Part shown: positions 25,928-32,879 of the stretch, piece by piece | Numbering within the stretch: the first letter of the stretch is position 1 | Layout of the letters: every line of letters begins with the position of its first letter | Assembly (NCBI GenBank): GCA_032128115.1 | Contig: JAQBHB010000105.1 | Coordinates: 1-32,879 of the forward strand | DNA from: Deltaproteobacteria bacterium | GTDB lineage: Bacteria; Myxococcota_A; UBA9160; SMWR01 | Reading direction: 5' to 3' | DNA length: 32,879 bases | The notes under the pieces: generated by a model | Seen by the model: only the letters and a program-made list of their open reading frames with translations | What the model was told of the DNA's origin: nothing | The model's database searches: none | Position numbers and translations under genes: made by a program

Positions 25928-25947
25928 GGAACCTCCGTGGATCGCGG

Positions 25948-25954
25948 TATCGTA
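25948..25954. promoter_or_regulatory. Overlapping -10 hexamers, putative bidirectional promoter
   Basis: TATCGT on + (25948-25953) and TACGAT on - (25954-25949), centred in a 49-bp gap between divergent genes that both have GGAGG SDs. Confidence 0.4.
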
Positions 25955-25976
25955 GGACGTTTCACGGGAGGGAACG

Positions 25977-27074
25977 ATGCGTGCCGCCGTTCTGGAAGCC
26001 GCGGGCCAGCCGCTCGAGATTCGCGACGATGTGGAGATCGAAGCGCCGCGGCCCGGTCACGTGAAGGTCCGGGTTTCACACTGCGGGTTGTGTCACTCGG
26101 ATCTCAGCCTGGCCGAGGGTACGTTCCCCAGCCCGCTGCCCATCATCCTGGGGCACGAGGCGGCCGGCGTGGTCGCCGAAATCGGCGAGGGCGTCGAGGG
26201 CCTGGCGCCGGGCGATCCGGTGGTGCTTACCGCCTGTCCCCCGTGCGGCAGCTGTTACTGGTGCGTGCGCGGCGAGGCCAGCCACTGCGCGCGCATGAGC
26301 GGCATTACCACCAACTCCTTTCCCGATGGGCACACGGGACTTTCCCGCGGCGGCCAGGTCGTGTATCGGGGCCTGAATCTGGCGGCGCTCGCCGAGTACA
26401 CCGTGGTGCCGGAGACCGGTGCGGTGAAGATTCCCAAGGGTGTGCCCCTGGATGTGGCGTGCGTGATCGGGTGCGCCGTGCAGACGGGAGCCGGCTCGGT
26501 GTTCAACACGGCGCAGGTCGAAGCGGGCGCCACGGTGCTCGTGATGGGCCTGGGGGGCGTGGGACTCTCGGCGGTGCAGGGGGCGCGAATCGCCGGGGCG
26601 TCGCGGATTTTCGCCTCCGATCCGCTGCCGGAGCGCCGTGAGGTGGCCAAGCGTTTCGGGGCCACCGACCTGTTGGATCCGGGCTCGGAAGACGTGGTGG
26701 CCCGCACTCGCGAGGTCACCGGCGTGGGCGTCGACTACGCCTTCGAGACAGCGGGCCAGGCCGCCCTGATCCAGACCGGGATCGAGGCCTCGCGCGTGGG
26801 CGGCACGGTGATTGCGGTGGGCGCGCCGCCGCTCGACCAGGCCATCAGCGTGGCTCCGGCCGCCATTTTCGTGATCACCGGGAAGAAGCTGATGGGCAGC
26901 GTCCTGGGGGGCGTGAACTCGCTGCACGAGATCCCGCGCCTGATCTCACTCTGGCAGGCGGGCCGCCTGGATCTGGAAGGCCTCATCACGAACCGTCGTC
27001 CGCTGGAGGAGGTCAACCAGGGCTTCGCGGACCTGGCCGCCGGCCGCGGCATCCGCACCGTGCTCGCCATCTAG
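25977..27074 (+). CDS. Zn-dependent alcohol dehydrogenase (MDR, class III-like)
   Basis: GLCHSD, LGHEAAG, CGSCYWC...C, GCAVQTG, GLGGVG. Confidence 0.95.
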   Translation: MRAAVLEAAGQPLEIRDDVEIEAPRPGHVKVRVSHCGLCHSDLSLAEGTFPSPLPIILGHEAAGVVAEIGEGVEGLAPGDPVVLTACPPCGSCYWCVRGEASHCARMSGITTNSFPDGHTGLSRGGQVVYRGLNLAALAEYTVVPETGAVKIPKGVPLDVACVIGCAVQTGAGSVFNTAQVEAGATVLVMGLGGVGLSAVQGARIAGASRIFASDPLPERREVAKRFGATDLLDPGSEDVVARTREVTGVGVDYAFETAGQAALIQTGIEASRVGGTVIAVGAPPLDQAISVAPAAIFVITGKKLMGSVLGGVNSLHEIPRLISLWQAGRLDLEGLITNRRPLEEVNQGFADLAAGRGIRTVLAI

Positions 27075-27112
27075 CAGCGGTGTTGGCGATGTGTGAATGG
27101 AGCCCAGGCCGC

Positions 27113-28168
27113 TCAGGCCCAGCAGACCGCGATCTGCCTCGGACCCCGGTAGGGCAGGCGCCCGTGAGACACCGAGTGGTTGTCGATGGCGAGCACGTCG
27201 CCTCGCTTCCACGGCGTCACCACCATGTGCTTCCAGACCACGTCGCGCACGTGGTCCATGTCGGCGTCGGGGATCTCGCTCCCGTCCGCCTGGGTGCAGT
27301 GAAGTGCGAGTTCGTCCGAGCTGGGCTTCCGGCGCTGTAGGGCCACGAGAACGCGCGAAAGCTGGTACCAGCCCCAGATCCGCGGCGACGGCCGGTGCGA
27401 CAGGATCCGCTGGTACTCGGCCGGGGCCGTCGAGAGGTGGAAGGTGGTGCTGTGGTTGTGCCACACGCGCTCCCCCGTCTGGGGATGATCGCGGTGGATG
27501 GCCTGGGTGCTCACCAGACGCAGACCGTCGCGTCCGATCCAATGGGCCTCGAATCCCTGTTCGCGGCAGGTCTTTTCCACCAGCGTGCGATCGGTGGTGA
27601 GGAACATCTCGTCCCAGCGCTTGAGCTTCCACAGATTGAAGCGCCCGCCGCCGGTTGGGCCCGAATAGTTGCGCACGATCCGGAGCCCGCCTTCCTCGAA
27701 TCGCTTGACCACTTCCGGGTCCAGGTCGCGGTAGACCTTTCGAAAATCCGCCACCGGCGTCTCGCCGCTGCCCGGTGCCGGCTCCACCAGGCAGCCGAAG
27801 AACACCCGCCGCGGCGGGTTCGAAGTGAAGCTCATCTCACAGTGCTGGGGAATCGGATAGAAGCCGGGCAGTTCGCTGGCTGAGAACACATAGTCGGTGA
27901 GGGCGTCACGGGGGGACGTGCCCAGGTATTTGTTCTTGAGCTCGTCGTCCACGCCCCGGGCCACAGCCTCGAAGTCGTCGGGGCCCGCCACGTCGAAGTC
28001 GCGAAAGAGCAGGGCGCCGTGGGCCACCAGCCGATCCTGGACCCAGTCGGCATTCTCGCGCAGGCAGCGATTCAGGCCGGCGGCGCTCCGCTCGCGGCCC
28101 GGGCGGATCACCAGCGGCAGCGTTCCCTCGTCGGATGAGTCGATGCGAATCGCGTCTTCGATTGCCAT
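27113..28168 (-). CDS. TauD/TfdA family Fe(II)/2OG dioxygenase (SyrP-like)
   Basis: HGALLFR.F, GTSPR, IPQHCEMS (HxE), GETPVAD.R, HPQTGE.VW.N, W..GDVL.IDN...SHGR.PY.GPR. Start revised to ATG 28168. Confidence 0.92.
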   Translation of the reverse strand: MAIEDAIRIDSSDEGTLPLVIRPGRERSAAGLNRCLRENADWVQDRLVAHGALLFRDFDVAGPDDFEAVARGVDDELKNKYLGTSPRDALTDYVFSASELPGFYPIPQHCEMSFTSNPPRRVFFGCLVEPAPGSGETPVADFRKVYRDLDPEVVKRFEEGGLRIVRNYSGPTGGGRFNLWKLKRWDEMFLTTDRTLVEKTCREQGFEAHWIGRDGLRLVSTQAIHRDHPQTGERVWHNHSTTFHLSTAPAEYQRILSHRPSPRIWGWYQLSRVLVALQRRKPSSDELALHCTQADGSEIPDADMDHVRDVVWKHMVVTPWKRGDVLAIDNHSVSHGRLPYRGPRQIAVCWA

Positions 28169-28263
28169 GGCGTGGCCTCCCGTCCGGCATTCTATCCCAT
28201 GGAGTGCGGAGCAGATCAACGACCGCCGTGTGATAGGCTCGCCCTCCAGGCAGGAGGCATGAG

Positions 28264-29124
28264 ATGCGGGAATTTCGCGATCGGGTCGCGGTGGTGACGG
28301 GAGGTGCCAGCGGCATCGGCTTTGCGATGGCGCGCCGTTTCGGAGCCGAGGGCATGAAGGTGGTGCTGGCGGACATCGAACAAGGCGCGCTCGAGCGGGC
28401 CACCCGGCTGCTCGAGCAGGACGGCGTCACGGCCCTGGGGGTGGTGACCGACGTGACCCGGGCGGAATCCGTGCAGGCCCTGGCCGAGCGCACCCTCGAG
28501 GCCTTCGGCGGCGTTCACGTGGTCTGCAACAACGCCGGCGTCTTCGCAGGGGGCAACTGCTGGGAGTCTCCGCTCGAAGACTACGAGTGGGTCATCGGCG
28601 TCAATGTGTGGGGCGTGATCCACGGCATCCGCACCTTCGTGCCGATCCTGCTCGAGCAGGGCGAGGAGGCCCACGTGGTGAATACGGCCTCCATGGCCGG
28701 GCTCACCAGCATGCCCTACAGCGGTATCTACTTCCTGAGCAAGCACGCGGTGCTGTCCCTGAGCGAGTCGCTCTACCACGAACTCCAGATGACCGGCAGC
28801 AAGCTGCGCGTTTCGGCTCTGTGTCCAGAGCTGGTCTCCACCCACATTGGCGAAGGCGAGCGCAACCGTCCCGATCGACTCGCCCACGGTCAGGGCGCAA
28901 CGCCCTCCCAGGCGCTGGTGGAAGAGGCGCTCCAGAAGGGTGTCGCCCAGGGAATCTCCCCGGATGTGATCGCCGAACGCGTGCTCCAGGCGATTCGCGA
29001 CGAGCGATTCTACATCCTGTCGGAAGATGCCTGGCGTCGCGCGGCCGAAGCGCGCATGGAGGACATCCGGCTGGGTCGCAATCCCAGGCTGACGCCGCCC
29101 ATCGAAGCGGGTGAGGTCGGCTGA
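28264..29124 (+). CDS. Short-chain dehydrogenase/reductase
   Basis: TGGASGIG, NNAGV, NTASMAG, YFLSK. Confidence 0.95.
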   Translation: MREFRDRVAVVTGGASGIGFAMARRFGAEGMKVVLADIEQGALERATRLLEQDGVTALGVVTDVTRAESVQALAERTLEAFGGVHVVCNNAGVFAGGNCWESPLEDYEWVIGVNVWGVIHGIRTFVPILLEQGEEAHVVNTASMAGLTSMPYSGIYFLSKHAVLSLSESLYHELQMTGSKLRVSALCPELVSTHIGEGERNRPDRLAHGQGATPSQALVEEALQKGVAQGISPDVIAERVLQAIRDERFYILSEDAWRRAAEARMEDIRLGRNPRLTPPIEAGEVG

Positions 29125-29126
29125 AG

Positions 29127-30287
29127 GTGAGTCGCCGCGCCCCCGACCCGCAGCGGCTGGGCGTCGATCCGAAGCGCCTGGAGACTCTGGTTGCGCGGGC
29201 TGCCCGCGAGGTGCGCGACGGCGGCCTGCCGGCGGCGCAGATCGCGATCGCCTGTCGCGGCGAGCTGGTGGCGCTGGAGACCTTCGGCGACGCGGACGAC
29301 GACACCTTGTTCGCGAACTTCTCCACCAACAAGGCCGTCGTGTCGTCGGCCGCGTGGCTGCTGCTCCAGGAGGGCCGACTGCGCCTGGACGAGCCGGTGG
29401 CCGACGTGATTCCCGGATTCGAGGCCCACGGGAAAGCGGGCGTTCTCGTCGAGCACCTGCTCACCCACACGGCGGGCTTCCCCGGGGCGCCCTTCGACGC
29501 CCTGGAGTGGGACGATCCCGAGCGCCGGATCGCGCGCTTCGCCGACTGGCGCGTCCAGTGGGAGCCGGGCACGCGCTTCCAGTACCACGCGAGCTCCTCC
29601 ATGTGGGTGCTTGCCGAGGTGATCGGCCGGCGCGGCGGCACCGATTTCCGCAACTTCTTGCGCGAACGGGTATTCGGGCCGCTGGCGATCGAACGCTACT
29701 ACGTGGGCCTCCCACCCGAGCTCGACGACCGTGTGGCGCCGTTGCTGCAGGTGGGCGAGGCGGCCTCGCCAGAGTCGATCGCGGCCACGGGCATCCGGGT
29801 TCCAGTGGAAATGTCGGGCAGCGGGCTCGAGGTGGAGCGCTTCAACCGGCCCGAATACCGCCGGGTGGGCGAGCCGGGCGGTGGCGCCTTCGCATGCGCC
29901 GATGCGCTTGCGCTCCTCTACCAGGCCTGGCTCCACGAAGGTGGCGTCTGGGGAGAGTCGCCGGTCTGGAAGGCCGAGACGCTGGAGGCGGCGCGCCGGG
30001 TGTACACCGGGGAGCTGCTCGACCCCATGACCGGCAAGCGCGCGAACCGGGGGCTGGGGCTCGTGATCTCTGGCGACCACGATCGCGTCTTCCGTGGCTT
30101 TCCGCCGCGGTGCTCGCCGCGGGCCTTCGGCCACCCGGGCGCCGGCGGGCAGATGGCCTGGGCCGACCCGGCAACGGGCGTCTCGTTCGTGTTTCTCACC
30201 AGCGGCATCGATCGCAACGAGCTGCACAGCGGCGCGCGCGGTCTGGCGCTCTCGTCGCGCGCGGCGGCCTGCGTGGCGGAAGCCTGA
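29127..30287 (+). CDS. Serine hydrolase, beta-lactamase fold (family VIII esterase-like)
   Basis: FSTNK (SxxK), LLTHTAG, WEPG..F.YH, FGHPGAGG...WADP. Confidence 0.9.
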   Translation: MSRRAPDPQRLGVDPKRLETLVARAAREVRDGGLPAAQIAIACRGELVALETFGDADDDTLFANFSTNKAVVSSAAWLLLQEGRLRLDEPVADVIPGFEAHGKAGVLVEHLLTHTAGFPGAPFDALEWDDPERRIARFADWRVQWEPGTRFQYHASSSMWVLAEVIGRRGGTDFRNFLRERVFGPLAIERYYVGLPPELDDRVAPLLQVGEAASPESIAATGIRVPVEMSGSGLEVERFNRPEYRRVGEPGGGAFACADALALLYQAWLHEGGVWGESPVWKAETLEAARRVYTGELLDPMTGKRANRGLGLVISGDHDRVFRGFPPRCSPRAFGHPGAGGQMAWADPATGVSFVFLTSGIDRNELHSGARGLALSSRAAACVAEA

Positions 30288-30321
30288 GACTCGACACCGG
30301 AGCGGAACAAGGAGGCGAATC

Positions 30322-31386
30322 GTGGAGGTGGGAATGCTCTTCATCTTCCAGAACTACCTGGGCCACGGTCGCGACGAGGACATGGTGCAGGGCCACATGC
30401 GCCTGGCCGACCTGGCCGAGCCCCTGGGCTACGACAAGGTCTGGCCGGTGGAGCATCACTTCACCGACTACGCCGCCTGCCCCGACAACCTGCAGTTCCT
30501 GAGCTGGCTGGCCGGCCGTACCACGAAGCTGCGCCTGGGGACCGGGGCGGTGATCGTGCCCTGGAACGATCCCCTGCGCGTGGCCGAGAAGTTTGCCCTG
30601 TTGGATCACCTCTCGGGAGGACGTGCGGTGCTGGGGCTGGGGCGCGGGCTCGCCCGCCGTGAGTACGCCGGCTTCGGCATCGACATGGGCGAATCCCGCG
30701 ATCGCTTCGACGAGGCCTCCCGCATGATCCTTGACGCGCTGGAGAAGGGATTCATCGAGGGCGACGGTCCCTACTATCCGCAGTCGCGCACCGAGATCCG
30801 GCCGCGGCCGCTGCGCGACTTCCGCGACCGCTTCTACTGCGTGGGCATGTCGCCCGAGTCGGTGGATCAGGTGGCGGCGCTGGGCGCTCGTCTCACGATC
30901 TTCTCCCAGCAGCCGTGGGAGATCTGGAAGGACGGCGCCCTGGCGCAGTATCGCGTGGCCTATCGCGCCAGCCAGGGCCAGGAGCCGCCGCCGCCGCTGA
31001 CCGGCGACCTCATGTTCTGCCACGAGGACGCGGGGCGGGCCGAGGAACTCGCACGCAAGTACATGTCCGAGTACTTCCTGACGATCATCGACCACTACGA
31101 GCTGATGAGCGACCACTTCAAGGACGTGAGCGGCTACGACAACTATGCCAGCGCGGCGGACCTGTTCCGACAGGTGGGCCTCGAGGTCGCGCTCAACACG
31201 TACGTGAACGTCCAGAGCTTCGGTACGCCGGAGATGATCCTCGAGAAGCTCGTCGCCCGGCGCGAGCTGCTTGGGGAGTTCGAGCTGAACGCCATCCCGT
31301 GGTACGGCAGCATGCCGATCGAGGAGGCCGAGGCCAGCGTCACGCTGTTCGGGAAGAAGGTGGTTCCCGAGTTCCAGCGCCTGTAG
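30322..31386 (+). CDS. Luciferase-like (LLM) flavin-dependent oxidoreductase
   Basis: AE.LGYD.VW.VEHHF, RVAE...LDHLS.GR..LG.GRG, FGTPE. GTG 30322 with AAGGAGG SD. Confidence 0.93.
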   Translation: MEVGMLFIFQNYLGHGRDEDMVQGHMRLADLAEPLGYDKVWPVEHHFTDYAACPDNLQFLSWLAGRTTKLRLGTGAVIVPWNDPLRVAEKFALLDHLSGGRAVLGLGRGLARREYAGFGIDMGESRDRFDEASRMILDALEKGFIEGDGPYYPQSRTEIRPRPLRDFRDRFYCVGMSPESVDQVAALGARLTIFSQQPWEIWKDGALAQYRVAYRASQGQEPPPPLTGDLMFCHEDAGRAEELARKYMSEYFLTIIDHYELMSDHFKDVSGYDNYASAADLFRQVGLEVALNTYVNVQSFGTPEMILEKLVARRELLGEFELNAIPWYGSMPIEEAEASVTLFGKKVVPEFQRL

Positions 31387-31408
31387 GCACCCGGCGCCGG
31401 ATTGCGTG

Positions 31409-32455
31409 CTATCCCGCGCTGCGCGGGCCGTTGCGGATTTCATCGACCAGGCCCCAGTCGCGGGCCCGGGCGGCGTCCAGCTGCTGCCCGCTGAGGGCGA
31501 GCCAGGCCGTGCGCTGGCGCCCGATGCGCCGTGGCAGGCTCACGCTGCCGCCGGCGCCGGGCACGAGTCCCATGGACACCTCGGGCAGGGCGAAGCTGGT
31601 GTCGGTGTGGGCCACCACGCGCGCGGCAAAGGCGGGAAGCTCGACCCCGGCACCCAGGCAGGTGCCGTGCACGTGCACCTGCACGCGCTCGGCGCAGGCG
31701 GCGATCGCGCGGCTGGCGTTGCGAGTGGATCGCACGGCGTGGGCCGTGGCCGGGTCGGGGAACGTGCCGAACTCGTCCAGATCGCCACCGCTACAGAAGC
31801 TTCTGCCGGCGCCCTCGATCACGACCTGGCGGATCGAGGGATCGACCACGGCCACCTGCAGGGCCTCGACGAGTCCGTCGCGCATCTCGGCCGAGAAGGC
31901 GTTGTGCTTGTCCGGTCGGTTGAGCGTCACCCGCAGGCGCTCGTGCTCGCGTCGCGACACGACGGCGGGGCCTGGGGTGGTCAGGGGCTTCGACGTGGGG
32001 GCGTGGCTTTCGCGCCAGCGCGCGAACTCGGGTCCGCTTTGGAGCGTCGAGTAGGCCCAGGATTCAGCCACCAGACCCTGGTGCACATCCAGGCGCTCGC
32101 CTTGCCGCAGCAGCTGCACGAGGGCCAGGCTCGCCAGCGGGGCGTGTCGCACCGCTCGGGCCACGGCTTCGAGATCGGACTCGGACTCGAGCGCCAGATC
32201 GAAGTGGGGCACCAGGATGCGGGCGTCGCCGGTCGCCGCCTGGGGTCGCAGGGCCACCGAAGGGCAGGGCAGCTGAAGCAGGCGTTCGGCCGCGTTTCCG
32301 GTGGCTTCCGACGGCGCCCCGCCGGCGGCGAAGTCCACCACCAGCAGCGACTCGCCGGTCAGCGGCGAGTAGGCCTCCAGGGCCTGCGGGTCGCGAAGCG
32401 CGTCCAGGGCCACGGCCAGGGACACGATCCGGACTTCGGCCGCCGGCCGGGTCAC
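31409..32455 (-). CDS. Enoyl-CoA hydratase/isomerase with N-terminal extension
   Basis: TLNRPDKHNA, FCSGGDL, GAGVEL, LPEVSMGLVPGAGG, WGLVDE. GTG 32455 overlaps the upstream TGA. Confidence 0.9.
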   Translation of the reverse strand: MTRPAAEVRIVSLAVALDALRDPQALEAYSPLTGESLLVVDFAAGGAPSEATGNAAERLLQLPCPSVALRPQAATGDARILVPHFDLALESESDLEAVARAVRHAPLASLALVQLLRQGERLDVHQGLVAESWAYSTLQSGPEFARWRESHAPTSKPLTTPGPAVVSRREHERLRVTLNRPDKHNAFSAEMRDGLVEALQVAVVDPSIRQVVIEGAGRSFCSGGDLDEFGTFPDPATAHAVRSTRNASRAIAACAERVQVHVHGTCLGAGVELPAFAARVVAHTDTSFALPEVSMGLVPGAGGSVSLPRRIGRQRTAWLALSGQQLDAARARDWGLVDEIRNGPRSAG

Positions 32456-32879
32456 GCCTCTCCGGCCAGCTCCGCGCGGATCTGGCGCCGCAGCAGCTTG
32501 CCGGTCTCGTTGTAGGGGAGTTCGTGGCGGAACTCGATCTGTTCCGGCGTTCGCGAGGATCGAAGCCGATTCTTCACCCACGACTTGAGCTCTTCGGCGC
32601 TCGCCGAAGCGCCCGCTGAGAGCACCACGGCCGCCGCCACCGCCTCGCCCCACTGGATGTCGGGGATGCCCACCACGGCACAGTCGGCCACTGCGGGATG
32701 CTCGAGGAGCACGGCCTCGATCTCGCCGGGCGAGAGGTTCTCGCCGCCCCGCACGATCACGTCGTCGATGCGGCCCTCCAGGTAGAGATAGCCATCGGCG
32801 TCGAGGTACCCGCCGTCGCGCGTCGGGAAGAAGCCGTCACTCAGAAGACGGGTGTCCTTCCCCAGGTACTCGCCGGAAA
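32452..32879 (-). CDS. Acyl-CoA synthetase (AMP-binding), C-terminal part (truncated by window edge)
   Basis: FFPTRDGGYLDADGYLYLEGRIDDVIVRGGENLSPGEIE, GIPD..WGE, LPYNETGKLLR. Confidence 0.93.
   Translation of the reverse strand, partial: SGEYLGKDTRLLSDGFFPTRDGGYLDADGYLYLEGRIDDVIVRGGENLSPGEIEAVLLEHPAVADCAVVGIPDIQWGEAVAAAVVLSAGASASAEELKSWVKNRLRSSRTPEQIEFRHELPYNETGKLLRRQIRAELAGEA

Noticed and set aside
1..32879. tRNA, rRNA, prophage or integrase genes
   Set aside because: None recognised by eye. A covariance-model scan would be needed to exclude small RNAs.

Overview
High-GC bacterial DNA. A degenerate-REC/double-PilZ protein, an RRM protein and the lipid-catabolism gene set suggest a Myxococcota-like host (inference only). 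The left edge holds two nested insertion sequences missed by the ORF track: an IS481-type element inserted in the 5' part of an IS1380-type transposase. The rest is about 30 intact genes, mostly oxidative lipid or steroid-type catabolism: an igr-like MaoC-MaoC-Ltp2-DUF35 module, two Baeyer-Villiger-type monooxygenases, amidohydrolase, desaturase, PhyH and TauD dioxygenases, amidase, ADH, SDR, serine hydrolase, LLM, crotonase and acyl-CoA ligase. Also present are mgtE, a citrate synthase-MFS-ATP-cone/2-phosphoglycerate-kinase unit, and an orphan ThsB-like TIR gene next to the RRM gene. The most unusual pattern is four genes reduced to collages of short segments by large internal deletions: a methyltransferase-ATP-grasp fusion, a cytochrome P450, an F420-type LLM and an HSL esterase. 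The two relics that are translationally coupled to a downstream gene stay open from start to stop, while the two that are not are frameshifted. An 86-bp perfect-arm REP/MITE-like palindrome, a CTAG-rich 10-bp tandem repeat and two structured intergenic regions are also present. Family assignments come from motif recognition, not database searches.
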